Notes: generated from the letters alone by a model not told the origin. A DNA stretch of 31,079 nt from Thermoanaerobaculia bacterium (GCA_036259515.1 DATABP010000705.1:1-31079), one strand, 5' to 3'. Shown: positions 7,907 to 18,202, numbered from the stretch's first letter. Numbers and translations: made by a program.

Positions 7907-9175
7907 GTGAAGCCGGGGAAGAAGAGCGCCGACGGGATCTTTCGCCAGGTCGCGCTCGAGCGGCTGTCGTCGCCGGAGCAGCTCGACCAGCTCGTCCAGG
8001 TCACCCGCCCCGGAGGCTGGATCACCCTCGGCGCCTTCACCGTGCTGATCCTCGCCGCCGGCCTGTGGTCCGTGCTGGGCAGCATCCCGATCGTCGCCGC
8101 CGGCGAGGGGATGCTGCTGCGCCCGGGCGGCGTCTCCGAGCTGGTCACCCTCGCCGCCGGTCAGGTCGAGGTGGTCCTCGTCGCCCCCGGCGACCCGCTC
8201 CACAAGGGCCAGGTGGTGGCGCGGGTGCGGCAGGAGGGATTGCAGCGGGAGATCGAGGAGGCACGGGCGCGGCTCGTCGACGTTCGCGGCGACCGCGCCG
8301 AGCTCGCCGCCTACGTCGCCGAGCAGCGCAGCCTGCGCCGCCGGGAGCAGGAGCAACGGCGGGCGAACCTCCAGCTCGGAATCGCCCGTCTGGAGCGCGA
8401 GCTGGCGCTGCTCGAGGATCAGGCGGAGGCGGAGGCGACGCTGCTCGAGGAGGGCCTGGTCACCAAGCAGGTGTTGCTCGCCACCCAGCAGCGCCTCAAC
8501 GCCACCCGCGACGAGCTCGCCGCCCGCCGCCTCGAGCTCGGCGGCTTCGATCTCGTCGACCTCGAGGAGGAGCAGCGCCTCTCCCAGCAGCTCCAGGAGC
8601 GCGACCGCGCGATCCGCGACCTCGAGCTCGAGCTCGGCGAGCTACGCGCCAGCCTGGCCGAGAACGTCGAGGTCGTCTCCCCCCACGACGGCCGCGTGCT
8701 CGAGCTGATGGCCGACCGCGGCGACGTGGTGCAGGTCGGCGACCCGCTGCTCAGCTTCGAGGTCGCCGGCGAGGAGCTGGTCGCGGTGCTGTTCGTCCCC
8801 GCCGCCGAGGGCAAGCGGCTGCGCCCGGGCATGCCGGCGCGAGTGGCGCCGGCCACCGTCAAGCGCGAGGAGCACGGCTACATGGAGGGGGTGGTCCGCC
8901 GAGTCGCCGCCTACCCGTCGACCCCGCGCGGCATCCAGCGGCTGCTCGCCAACGAGGCGCTGGTCGAGCGGCTGGTCGCCGAAGGACCGCCGATCCAGGT
9001 CGACGTGACGCTGCGGCGCGACCCGGGCGCTCCGAGCGGCTTCGCCTGGACCTCCTCGGGCGGTCCCGACGTCGAGATCAGCAGCGGCACGCTGGCCAGC
9101 GGGCAGGTGGTGGTGCGGCGGGAGCGGCCGTTCCGTTGGCTGATCCCCGCGGCGCGGGAGAGCCTCGGCCTGTGA
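7907..9175 (+). CDS. NHLP bacteriocin system secretion protein (HlyD-like membrane fusion protein), 422 aa
   Basis: IFRQVALERLSSPEQLDQLVQVT N-terminal signature, a single TM segment, a long coiled coil, and VKREEHGYMEG and WTSSGGP motifs. GGAGGT SD before the GTG. Confidence 0.92.
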   Translation: MKPGKKSADGIFRQVALERLSSPEQLDQLVQVTRPGGWITLGAFTVLILAAGLWSVLGSIPIVAAGEGMLLRPGGVSELVTLAAGQVEVVLVAPGDPLHKGQVVARVRQEGLQREIEEARARLVDVRGDRAELAAYVAEQRSLRRREQEQRRANLQLGIARLERELALLEDQAEAEATLLEEGLVTKQVLLATQQRLNATRDELAARRLELGGFDLVDLEEEQRLSQQLQERDRAIRDLELELGELRASLAENVEVVSPHDGRVLELMADRGDVVQVGDPLLSFEVAGEELVAVLFVPAAEGKRLRPGMPARVAPATVKREEHGYMEGVVRRVAAYPSTPRGIQRLLANEALVERLVAEGPPIQVDVTLRRDPGAPSGFAWTSSGGPDVEISSGTLASGQVVVRRERPFRWLIPAARESLGL

Positions 9176-11364
9176 GCCGCCTCCGGCTCCCCTGGCGGCG
9201 CCGCAGCCAGCGGCCGCGGCGCGTTCGCACCCCGACGATGCTCCAGATGGAGGCCGTCGAGTGCGGCTCGGCCTGCCTCGGCATCGTGCTGGCGACCTTC
9301 GGCCGCTGGGTCTCGCTCGAGGAGCTGCGCCTCGCCTGCGGCGTCTCGCGCGACGGCAGCAAGGCGAGCAACATGGCGAAGGCGGCGCGGCGCTACGGGC
9401 TCGTCGCGCGCGGCTTCAAGAAGGAGCCGGCGGCACTGCGCGAGCTCCCCGCGCCGATGATCCTGCACTGGAACTTCAACCACTTCGTGGTGCTCGAGGG
9501 GTTCGGCCGCGGCCGCGCGTACCTCAACGATCCCGCCTCGGGCCCGCGCACCGCCAGCGAGGAGGAGCTCGACCAAGCGTTCACCGGCGTGGTGCTCACC
9601 TTCGCTCGCGGCGAGGGCTTCACCCGCGGCGGCAGGCCGCCGAGCCTCCTGCGCGGCCTGCGCCAGCGCCTGGCCGGCAGCGGCTCCGCCGTCGCCTTCG
9701 TGGTGCTCGCCGGTCTCGGTCTGGTGGTCCCGACGCTGGCCATGCCGGCCTTCGCGAAGGCGTTCGTCGACGGCGTGCTGATCGGCGGCCGCGCCGAGTG
9801 GCTGCCGCCGCTGGTCCTGGCGATGACGCTGGCGGCGCTCGTCCTCGGCGCACTGACCTGGCTGCAACAGGTCGGCCTGCTGCGGCTCGAGACACGGATG
9901 GCGCTCGGCGGCTCGAGCCGCTTCCTCTGGCACGTGCTGCAGCTTCCGGTCGAGTTCTTCAACCAGCGCTTCGCCGGCGACGTCAGCAATCGAGTGGCGA
10001 TCAACGACCGCCTCGCCCAGCTCCTCTCCCGCGACCTCGCGGCCAACGCGGTGGCGGCGGCGACGCTCGCCCTCGTCGTGGTCGTGCTCGCCGCCTACGA
10101 TCCGCTGCTCACCCTGGTCGGACTGGCGGTCGTCTCCCTCAACGTGCTGGCGCTGCGCTGGGTGTCGCGGCGACGGGTGGACGGCAACCGGCGTCTGCTC
10201 CAGGAGACCGGGAAGCTCCACGGCACGGCGATCGGCGGCCTCCAGATCATCGAGTCGCTGAAGGCGACCGGCCGCGAGTCGGAGCTCTTCGCCCGCTGGG
10301 CGGGCCACCAGGCGAAGGTGGTCAACGGCCGGCAGGAGCTGGAGCGCCACACCCAGCTCCTGGGCGCGGTGCCGCCGCTCCTGGCGGCGCTCAACACCGC
10401 GGCGATCCTCGGCATCGGCGGCCTGCGGGTGATGGAGGGCCGGCTGACCCTCGGCGAGCTGGTCGCCTTCCAGATCCTGATGGTCAGCTTCACCGCCCCG
10501 GTGGAGAGGATCGTCCAGCTCGGCGGCCGGCTGCAGCTCGTCGAGGGGGACATGAGCCGCCTCGACGACGTGATGCGCTACCCGGTCGATCCCACGGCCG
10601 CGGCCAGCGAGCCGCCGCCCACCACCGAGCCGGCGAAGCTCGCCGGGCGCCTCGAGCTGCGCGGCGTCACCTTCGGCTACAGCCGCGTCGAGCCACCGCT
10701 CCTCGACGGTTTCGACCTGGTGCTCGAGCCGGGGGCGCGGGTGGCGCTGGTCGGCACCACCGGGAGCGGCAAGTCGACGGTCGCCAAGCTGGTCACCGGC
10801 CTCTACGAGCCGTGGGAGGGCGAGATCCTGTTCGACGGGCGGCCGCGCGGCGAGGTCCCGCCGGCGGTGGTCCGCAACTCACTGGCCGCCGTCGACCAGT
10901 CGATCGCGCTGTTCGAGGGCACGGTGCGCGAGAACCTGTCGCTGTGGGACTCGACGCTGCCGCTGCCGCGCATCGTCGCCGCCGCCCGAGACGCCGCCAT
11001 CCACGAGGTGATCGCCGCGCGGCCGGGCGGCTACGACAGCCGGATCGAGGAAGGCGGCGCCAACTTCAGCGGCGGCCAGCAGCAGCGGCTGGAGATCGCC
11101 CGCGCGCTCGCCGGCGACCCCACCCTCCTCGTCCTGGACGAGGCGACCAGCGCGCTCGACCCGGCGACCGAGTCGGCGATCGACGGCGCGCTACGGCGGC
11201 GCGGCGCGAGCTGTCTGATCGTCGCCCACCGCCTGAGCACGGTGCGCGACGCCGACGAGATCCTGGTGCTCGAGCGGGGCAAGGTCGTCCAGCGCGGCAC
11301 CCACGACGAGCTTCTGGCGGACGGCGACGGCGCCTACGCGCGCCTGATCGCCGACGGCACGTGA
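9172..11364 (+). CDS. NHLP-family ABC exporter, C39 peptidase/permease/ATPase subunit, 730 aa
   Basis: VRTPTMLQMEAVECGSACL (catalytic Cys), LHWNFNHFVVLEG (His), YLNDPA, TM region, Walker A GTTGSGKST, signature FSGGQQQR and DEATSALD. GTG 9172 overlaps the upstream TGA. Confidence 0.95.
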   Translation: MSRLRLPWRRRSQRPRRVRTPTMLQMEAVECGSACLGIVLATFGRWVSLEELRLACGVSRDGSKASNMAKAARRYGLVARGFKKEPAALRELPAPMILHWNFNHFVVLEGFGRGRAYLNDPASGPRTASEEELDQAFTGVVLTFARGEGFTRGGRPPSLLRGLRQRLAGSGSAVAFVVLAGLGLVVPTLAMPAFAKAFVDGVLIGGRAEWLPPLVLAMTLAALVLGALTWLQQVGLLRLETRMALGGSSRFLWHVLQLPVEFFNQRFAGDVSNRVAINDRLAQLLSRDLAANAVAAATLALVVVVLAAYDPLLTLVGLAVVSLNVLALRWVSRRRVDGNRRLLQETGKLHGTAIGGLQIIESLKATGRESELFARWAGHQAKVVNGRQELERHTQLLGAVPPLLAALNTAAILGIGGLRVMEGRLTLGELVAFQILMVSFTAPVERIVQLGGRLQLVEGDMSRLDDVMRYPVDPTAAASEPPPTTEPAKLAGRLELRGVTFGYSRVEPPLLDGFDLVLEPGARVALVGTTGSGKSTVAKLVTGLYEPWEGEILFDGRPRGEVPPAVVRNSLAAVDQSIALFEGTVRENLSLWDSTLPLPRIVAAARDAAIHEVIAARPGGYDSRIEEGGANFSGGQQQRLEIARALAGDPTLLVLDEATSALDPATESAIDGALRRRGASCLIVAHRLSTVRDADEILVLERGKVVQRGTHDELLADGDGAYARLIADGT

Positions 11365-14294
11365 GCCTGCCGGCCCCCCGCCCGGCGCCGGAGCGCCCGC
11401 CCGCCTGGGACGAGGAGCTGGTCGCCGGCGGCACGCCGCTCACGCTGGGCGGCAACACCCCCTTTCCCTTGATCGGGCGGCGATCGGCGTGGCGGGTCGA
11501 GAGCGGGCGCGTCGAGGTCTTCGCGGTGGCGCTCGGCGGCGGCCGCCCGCTCGCCCGCGTCCACCTGGCGAGCGCCGACGTGGGTTCCTGGCTGTTCGGC
11601 GGCACCGCCCGCCCGGCCGCCGCCGAGCTCGAGCTCGAGGCGGTGCCGGCGGCCGGCACCCGGTTGGTGCGCGTGGACGAGGCGGCGCTCGCGGCGGCCG
11701 AGTGGCCCGGCGGGCTCGACGAGGCGTTCGGCGTCTGGCTCGACCGCCTCTGCCGCGGCGCGGTACGGCCGCGCCCAGCCCGGATGCCACACGAGCTGGC
11801 GCGGGGGGCGACGCTGGACCTGGTGCCTGACGAGGCGGCGCGACCGTCTCTCGACCCGGTGTGGGCGACGGTGACCGGCCGCTGCCGGCTGTGGGGGGAC
11901 GAGCGGCTCGATCTCCCCGCCGGAGCGCCGCTGCCGCTGCCGACCGCGGCCTGGATCGCCGCCGCCGGCGAGGCGCGGGTCGCCGCCGCCGACGGCCCGC
12001 CCTCCGCCGACGTGGCGCTGACGGGCTACGAGCGGCTCCTGGACCTCCTCCTCGTCCACCTGCGGCATGGCGTCGACGCCGGGCAGTCCGCCGAGCGCGA
12101 TCGCCTGGCCCGCCGTCACGCCGCCGACCGGGCGGCGGTGAGCCGCTCGGCAGCGCGGCTCGCCACCGTGCTCCTACCCCGCCAGGCGGCCGCCGAGACG
12201 ATCGAACCGGGGGGCGATCCGCTGCACGCCGCCGCCCGGTTGGTCGCCGCCACGGCCGGCATCGAGCTCCACCTTCCCGCCGGCCCCGCCGCGGCGCCGG
12301 CGCGCGTCGCCGACGCGCTGAATCTCCTCGGCAGCCGCTCTCGGGTGCGCCATCGCCGGGTGCTCCTGCGCGACGACTGGTGGCGCCGCGACAACGGCCC
12401 GCTCCTCGCCTTCCTCGCTCCCGACGACCCGGCGCAGGGCGAGCGGCGGCCGGTGGCGCTCCTTCCGCTCTCGCCGCGGCGCTATCAGTTGGTCGAGCCG
12501 GTGGAGGGAACGCGCACCGCGGTCGACGCGGCGCTCGCCGGGCGGCTGACCGGCGACGCCTACATGTTCTACCGCCCACTGCCCGAACGGCCGCTCGGGC
12601 CGCTCGACCTGCTCCGCGCGCTGGCCCGCGAAGGCCGCCGCGACGCCGTCGTGATCGTCGCGCTCGGCGCGGTCGGAGGGCTCCTCGCGCTCGCCCTGCC
12701 GCTCGTCACCGGCGCCCTCTTCGGCAGGGTCATCCCCAGCGCCGACCGGTCGCAGCTCGCGCAGATGACGCTCGCCTGGATCGTCGCCGCGCTCGGCATG
12801 AGCGCGTTCCGCCTGGTCCGTGCCCTCGGCCTCCTGCGCGTCGGCGGCCGCCTCGACAGCACCCTCCAGCCGGCGGTGTGGGACCGCCTGCTGGCCCTGC
12901 CGGTCGATTTCTTCCGCCGCTACACGGTCGGCGACCTCGCCGACCGGGCGTTCGGGGTGAGCCAGATCCGGGAGCTCCTCGCCGGCCACGCCGCGACCTC
13001 GCTCCTCGGCGCCGTCTTCGCGGTGTTCAGCTTCGCCCTGCTCTTCTACTTCAGCCCGCCGCTGGCGCTGGCGGCGACCGGGGTCGTCGTGCTGCTCCTC
13101 GCCGTCGCCGCGACCCTCGGCTGGCTGCAGGTGGTGGCGCAGCGGAGGCTCTTCGCGGTGCGCGGACGGATCGCCAGCCTGCTCTTCGCGTTGATCCACG
13201 GCCTTCCCAAGCTGCGCGTGGCCGGCGCCGAGCGCCGCGCCTACGCGCGTTGGGCCGAGCGCTTCGCCGAGCAGCGGCGCCACGACGTCGGCGCCCGCCG
13301 CATCGCCATCGCGCAGACCACCTTCCTCGCCGTCTTCCAGGTGCTGGCGCTCGCCGCGCTGTTCGCGGTCGCCGGGCTGTCGGCGCGCGAGGAGCTGCCG
13401 GTCGGACGGTTCCTCGCCTTCAACGCCGCCTTCGGCCAGGTGCTCGGGGCGGTGGTGGTGGTCGTCCACCTGCTCCCCGAGCTGCTCACCGCGGTGCCGG
13501 TCTACGAGCGGCTCTCCCCGATCCTCACCACCGCTCCGGAGGTCGACGACAGCAAGGCCGAAGCCGGCGAGCTGCGCGGCGAGATCGAGGTCTCGAACGT
13601 CACCTTCCGCTACGCCGACGACCTGCCGAACGTGCTCCACGAGATGTCGCTCCATGCCCGCCCGGGCGAGTTCGTCGCCCTGGTCGGACCCTCCGGTTCG
13701 GGCAAGTCGACCTGTCTGCGGCTGCTCCTCGGCTTCGAGCGGCCGCGGGCCGGCTCGATCTACTACGACGGGCAGGACCTCGCCGGGCTGTCGCTGACCT
13801 CGGTGCGTCGGCAGGTGGGAGTGGTGCTGCAGAACGGCCGTTTGATGGCCGGCACGATCTTCTCGAACATCGTCGGCGACTCCGACCTCGGCATCGACGA
13901 GGCCTGGGAGGCGGCGCGGCTGGCGGGGCTCGACGAAGACGTCCGCGCGATGGCAATGGGCATGCACACCATCGTCTCCGAGGGCGCCGGTACCTTCTCC
14001 GGCGGCCAGAAGCAGCGGCTGCTGATCGCCCGCGCCATCGTCCACCGGCCGCGCATCCTGTTCTTCGACGAGGCGACGAGCGCGCTGGACAACCGGGTGC
14101 AGGAGGTGGTCAGCCGGAGCCTGGAGCGGCTGGAGGCCACCCGCGTCGTCGTCGCCCACCGGCTGAGCACCATCGCGCGGGCGGACCGCATCTACGTCGT
14201 CGACGGCGGGCGGGTGGTCGAGAGCGGCACCTACCGCGAGCTCGTGGCACAGGATGGGCTGTTCGCCCGCCTCGCGTCGCGGCAGACGCTGTGA
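11361..14294 (+). CDS. NHLP bacteriocin system ABC transporter permease/ATPase subunit (no peptidase; N-terminal cNMP-binding-like domain), 977 aa
   Basis: VRHRRVLLRDDWWRRDNGPLLAF, DAYMFYRPLP, Walker A GPSGSGKST, FSGGQKQR and FFDEATSALDN. GTG 11361 overlaps the upstream TGA. Confidence 0.93.
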   Translation: MSLPAPRPAPERPPAWDEELVAGGTPLTLGGNTPFPLIGRRSAWRVESGRVEVFAVALGGGRPLARVHLASADVGSWLFGGTARPAAAELELEAVPAAGTRLVRVDEAALAAAEWPGGLDEAFGVWLDRLCRGAVRPRPARMPHELARGATLDLVPDEAARPSLDPVWATVTGRCRLWGDERLDLPAGAPLPLPTAAWIAAAGEARVAAADGPPSADVALTGYERLLDLLLVHLRHGVDAGQSAERDRLARRHAADRAAVSRSAARLATVLLPRQAAAETIEPGGDPLHAAARLVAATAGIELHLPAGPAAAPARVADALNLLGSRSRVRHRRVLLRDDWWRRDNGPLLAFLAPDDPAQGERRPVALLPLSPRRYQLVEPVEGTRTAVDAALAGRLTGDAYMFYRPLPERPLGPLDLLRALAREGRRDAVVIVALGAVGGLLALALPLVTGALFGRVIPSADRSQLAQMTLAWIVAALGMSAFRLVRALGLLRVGGRLDSTLQPAVWDRLLALPVDFFRRYTVGDLADRAFGVSQIRELLAGHAATSLLGAVFAVFSFALLFYFSPPLALAATGVVVLLLAVAATLGWLQVVAQRRLFAVRGRIASLLFALIHGLPKLRVAGAERRAYARWAERFAEQRRHDVGARRIAIAQTTFLAVFQVLALAALFAVAGLSAREELPVGRFLAFNAAFGQVLGAVVVVVHLLPELLTAVPVYERLSPILTTAPEVDDSKAEAGELRGEIEVSNVTFRYADDLPNVLHEMSLHARPGEFVALVGPSGSGKSTCLRLLLGFERPRAGSIYYDGQDLAGLSLTSVRRQVGVVLQNGRLMAGTIFSNIVGDSDLGIDEAWEAARLAGLDEDVRAMAMGMHTIVSEGAGTFSGGQKQRLLIARAIVHRPRILFFDEATSALDNRVQEVVSRSLERLEATRVVVAHRLSTIARADRIYVVDGGRVVESGTYRELVAQDGLFARLASRQTL

Positions 14295-14316
14295 TCGCGA
14301 GCGGCAAGGAGAGAGC

Positions 14317-14850
14317 ATGCGCAAGGTCCTGTTCGTCTTCGGTCAACTGGCCGACGACGACGTCGAATGGCTGCTGGCGCACGGCCGGCGCCGCCGGCTG
14401 GTCGCCGGCGAGGCGCTGATCCGCCAGGGCGAGCCGATCGACGACGTATTCATCGTGCTCACCGGCCGCTTGCGAGTGGTTCTCGGCGGCGAGCGGCGGG
14501 AGATCGCCCTCCTCGGCGCCGGCGAGATCGTCGGGGAGATGTCGTTCGTCGACGCGCGGCCGCCGTCGGCGACCGTCGAAGCGGTCGAGCCGGCGCAGGT
14601 CTTCGCCGTGCCGCGCAGCCGGCTGGCGGCGCGGCTCGAAAGCGAGCCCGCCTTCGCCGCCCGCTTCTACCGCGCGCTGGCGATCTACCTCTCGACCACC
14701 GTGCGCGAGCGCCATCGGATGCTGCTCGCCGGCGGCGTCACCGGGGGTGGCGAGGACGACGCCGACGAGCTCGACGCGACGGTGCTCGACGGCGTGTCCC
14801 AGGCCGGCGCCCGCTTCGACCGCCTGGTCAAGAGGGTGCTGGCGTCGTAG
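14317..14850 (+). CDS. Cyclic nucleotide-binding domain protein of the type associated with bacteriocin transport, 177 aa
   Basis: MRKVLFVFGQLADDDVEWL, LIRQGEPIDDVFIVLTGRL and GEIVGEMSFVDARPPSATVEA (phosphate-binding cassette). AAGGAG SD before ATG 14317. Confidence 0.88.
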   Translation: MRKVLFVFGQLADDDVEWLLAHGRRRRLVAGEALIRQGEPIDDVFIVLTGRLRVVLGGERREIALLGAGEIVGEMSFVDARPPSATVEAVEPAQVFAVPRSRLAARLESEPAFAARFYRALAIYLSTTVRERHRMLLAGGVTGGGEDDADELDATVLDGVSQAGARFDRLVKRVLAS

Positions 14851-14860
14851 GAGGCCACCG

Positions 14861-17800
14861 ATGCCGTGCCCGTCCTGCCAGTTCGAGAACCCGCCGGCGA
14901 TGCGCTTCTGCGGCCGGTGCGGCACGCCGCTCGAGCGCCCCTGCCCGCGCTGCGGCGCCGCGGCGCCGGCCGGCTTCCGCTTCTGCGGCCAGTGCGGCGG
15001 CCGACTCGACGACGCCGGGACGATCGACCCGCCGCGGGAGCGGCCCTATACGCCGGCGCATCTCGCGCACGACGTCCTCGCCTCCCCCGCCGCGGTGGAG
15101 GGTGAGCGCAAGCTGGTGACCGTGCTGTTCTGCGACGTCACCGGCTCGACCGAGCTCGCCGAACGGCTCGGTCCCGAGGCGATGCACGCGCTGCTCAGCC
15201 GTTTCTTCGAGCTGGCGCTCGCCGAGGTGCACCGCTACGAGGGGACGATCAACCAGTTCCTCGGCGACGGCTTCATGGCGCTGTTCGGTGCTCCGGTCGC
15301 TCACGAGGACCATGCCCGGCGCGCGGTCCTGGCGGCGGTCGGGCTGCAGGCGCGCCTCCTCGGCGAGCAGGAGGACCTGGTGCGCGGCCACGGCGCCGGG
15401 CTGGCGGTGCGCATGGGGATCAACACCGGCTCGGTGGTGGTCGGCGGCATCGGAGACCGGCTGCGCATGGACTACACCGCGGTCGGCGACACCACCAACA
15501 CCGCGGCGCGCCTGCAGCAGGCCGCGGCGCCCGGAACGGTGCTGATCAACGAGGCGACCCGCCGCCTGGTCAAGGACCACGTGCGGCTGCGCCGCCTGGC
15601 GCCGCTGGTCGTGAAGGGCAAGAGCGAGCCGCTGATCGCCCACCGCGTCGTGGGGCCGAACGGCAAGCGCCGCGCCCACGCCGCCGCCGGACGGCCGCTC
15701 ACCTCGTTCGTCGGCCGCCGCCGCGAGCTGGCGCTGCTCGAGGAGCTGTGGCGCGAATCGGCGGCGGGACGCGGCCAGGTCGTCGGCGTCACCGGCCCGC
15801 CCGGCGTCGGCAAGACGCGGCTGGTGCTCGAGCTGCGCCGGCGCCTCGAGCGGCTCGGCGCCTCCTGGCTCCGCGGCGCCTGCGAGTCGTTCGGGCAGCG
15901 GGTGCCCTTCCTGCCGCTCGAGCACATCCTGCGCGACGCATTGCGGCTCGAGGCCTCGCTGCCGCTCGAGGCGGTGGCGCAACGGGTCCGCGAGGCGATC
16001 GCGGCGACCGACCTGCCGGTCGACGAGGCGCTCGCGCTGCTCCTGCGCCTGCTCGGGGGTGCCGGCCCGGGCGCCGGCGAGCGCGACCTCCGGCTCGAGC
16101 GCCGGCGGTGCCTCGAAGTGCTGCAGCAGGTGCTCCTCGCCTTCAGCCGCCGGGAGCCGCTCGTCCTGGAGATCGAGGACCTGCATTGGGTCGACGCCAC
16201 GTCGGAGGAGTTCCTCGACCTCCTGGTCGACGCGCTGCCGCGCGCGCCGATCCTGCTTCTGCTCACCTACCGCACGGGCTACGGACCGCGCTGGCTGGAG
16301 CGCTCCTGCGCCACCCAGGTGCCGTTGCGTGACTTCGGCCCCGACGAAAGCGTCGCCGTGCTCGCCGGCCTGTGGGGAGAGGCGGAGCCCCCGAGGGAGA
16401 TCGTGCGCCAGGTGCTCGACCGCGCGAACGGCAACCCCTTCTTCCTCGAGGAGCTCGGCCGGGCGGTGCGCGAGACGGCGACCGCCGGGCGGCAGGAGGA
16501 GGTGCCGGAGACGGTGCAGGGCGTGCTCACCGCCCGCATCGACCGGCTGCCCGACGACCACAAGCGCCTGCTCCAGGCCGCCTCGGTGTTGGGGCGGGAC
16601 TTCCCGGTCGCGGTGCTGGCGGAGGTGTGGGAGGCGCAGCGGCCGCCCGGCGAGCCGCTCGACCCACTGCTCCGCGACCTCCGCCGCTGGGAGCTGCTCC
16701 ACGAGCTGCCGAGCGTGCGGCCGCCGCGCTACGCGTTCCAGCACGCGCTCACCCAGGAGGTGACCTACCAGGGCCTCCTCTCCGAACGCCGTCGCGCGCT
16801 CCACGCCGCCGCCGCTCGAGCCTACGAGTCGATCTACGCCGGCGACCTCACCGCGGTCTACGACCAGCTCGCCCACCACTTCCCGCGCGCCGACGAGCCC
16901 GCGCCCGCGGTGCGCTACCTCCAGCTCCTCGCCGATCGCGCCGCCCGCCGCACCGGCTTCGCCGAGGCGGTGGAGGCGCTGAGGGAGGCGATGGAGGTCG
17001 CCGAGCGGCTCCCCGAGGAGACCCGCGACCGCGTCGTCGTCGAGCTGGCGATCGAGTCGGCGCGCTGGCTCTTGCCGCTCGCCCGTTTCCCCGAGACCCT
17101 CGAGCTCCTCGAGCGACAGGCCGGACGCCTCGCGCGGCTCGCCGACCCCGCCCTGGCCGGACGGCTCCGGTTCTGGCTCGCCCACACCCACAGCTACCTC
17201 GGCCATCAGGAGGCGGCGACGGCGGAGGCGCAGCGGGCGATCGCCGCCGCCGCCGAGGCCGGTGACCCGGTCACCGAGGGCAAGGCGCGCTACGTCCTCT
17301 CCCGCGACGCCTTCTGGGCCGGCCTCTTCACCCAAGGCTTGGAGCAGGGCAAGCGGGCGGTCGAGCTGCTCCGCCGCGCCGGCGAGACGTGGTGGGAGGG
17401 GCAGGCGCACTGGGTCGACGCCTTCCACCACTTCGTCCTCGGCCGGCCCTCCGAGGCATTGGCGACGATGGAGCGCGCCGAGCGGATCGCCGCCGAGCTC
17501 GGCGACTACCGCCTCGACCCCTCCTGGAGCACCGGCTATTTCCTCACCGTCCTCGGCCGCTGGGACGAGGGCGTCGAGCACTGCCGGCGCGGGATGGAGC
17601 GCGCCCGCGACCCGTTGAACTCCGCGGCCGCGCTGGGCTTCCTCGGCCACGCCCACCTCGCACGCGGCGAGCCCGGGCTGGCCGTCGAGGCGCTCGAACG
17701 CTCGGTGGAGCTGCTCGCGACCAGCGGCTTCCTCCAGCTCCGCGGCTGGTTCCTCGCCTTCCTCGCCGAGGCGCACCTGGCGCGCGGTGAGCGGGAGGAG

Positions 17801-18202
17801 GCGCGGCGCTCGGCTCACGAATCGCTGGCGGTGAACCGGCAGGCGGGCTTCCGGCTCGGCCTCGGGCTGGCCCATCGCGCCCTCGGGCGCCTCGCCACCA
17901 CGGAGCGGCGCCCCGACGAAGCGGCCCGCCAGCTGGCGGAGGCGCTGACGCTCTTCGAGGGGCTCGAAGCGCCGCTCGAGCGGTGTCGCGTCCACCTCGA
18001 CCTGGCGCGCCTGGCGAAGCTCCTCGGGCAGCAGGTCGGCGCGCTGGCGGAGCTCGACGCCGCGCGTCGCGCGCTGCTCCGTGCCGAGCCGGCGACGGTC
18101 GCCGGACGGGCCGACCTCGACGAGGTCGAGCGCCAGGTCCTCGCCTCCGACGGCGCGCGCGCCGCCACAGGTGGCAGGGACGCCTCCGCCGCTGAGGCTT
18201 GA
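14861..18202 (+). CDS. Class III adenylate/guanylate cyclase with double zinc ribbon, AAA/STAND P-loop and TPR-like C-terminus, 1113 aa
   Basis: Zinc ribbons CPSC..CGRCG and CPRC..CGQCG; cyclase motifs VLFCDVTGST, NQFLGDG and YTAVGDTTNTAARL; Walker A GPPGVGKT; IEDLHWVD; GNPFFLEE. AGGAGG SD before ATG 14861. Confidence 0.92.
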   Translation: MPCPSCQFENPPAMRFCGRCGTPLERPCPRCGAAAPAGFRFCGQCGGRLDDAGTIDPPRERPYTPAHLAHDVLASPAAVEGERKLVTVLFCDVTGSTELAERLGPEAMHALLSRFFELALAEVHRYEGTINQFLGDGFMALFGAPVAHEDHARRAVLAAVGLQARLLGEQEDLVRGHGAGLAVRMGINTGSVVVGGIGDRLRMDYTAVGDTTNTAARLQQAAAPGTVLINEATRRLVKDHVRLRRLAPLVVKGKSEPLIAHRVVGPNGKRRAHAAAGRPLTSFVGRRRELALLEELWRESAAGRGQVVGVTGPPGVGKTRLVLELRRRLERLGASWLRGACESFGQRVPFLPLEHILRDALRLEASLPLEAVAQRVREAIAATDLPVDEALALLLRLLGGAGPGAGERDLRLERRRCLEVLQQVLLAFSRREPLVLEIEDLHWVDATSEEFLDLLVDALPRAPILLLLTYRTGYGPRWLERSCATQVPLRDFGPDESVAVLAGLWGEAEPPREIVRQVLDRANGNPFFLEELGRAVRETATAGRQEEVPETVQGVLTARIDRLPDDHKRLLQAASVLGRDFPVAVLAEVWEAQRPPGEPLDPLLRDLRRWELLHELPSVRPPRYAFQHALTQEVTYQGLLSERRRALHAAAARAYESIYAGDLTAVYDQLAHHFPRADEPAPAVRYLQLLADRAARRTGFAEAVEALREAMEVAERLPEETRDRVVVELAIESARWLLPLARFPETLELLERQAGRLARLADPALAGRLRFWLAHTHSYLGHQEAATAEAQRAIAAAAEAGDPVTEGKARYVLSRDAFWAGLFTQGLEQGKRAVELLRRAGETWWEGQAHWVDAFHHFVLGRPSEALATMERAERIAAELGDYRLDPSWSTGYFLTVLGRWDEGVEHCRRGMERARDPLNSAAALGFLGHAHLARGEPGLAVEALERSVELLATSGFLQLRGWFLAFLAEAHLARGEREEARRSAHESLAVNRQAGFRLGLGLAHRALGRLATTERRPDEAARQLAEALTLFEGLEAPLERCRVHLDLARLAKLLGQQVGALAELDAARRALLRAEPATVAGRADLDEVERQVLASDGARAATGGRDASAAEA

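Noticed and set aside
14317-18202. Cyclase plus cNMP-binding protein as a Pycsar-type antiphage system
   Set aside because: The cNMP-binding protein has no TIR or transmembrane effector, and it resembles the type found with bacteriocin exporters. The cyclase is a multidomain AAA/TPR type.
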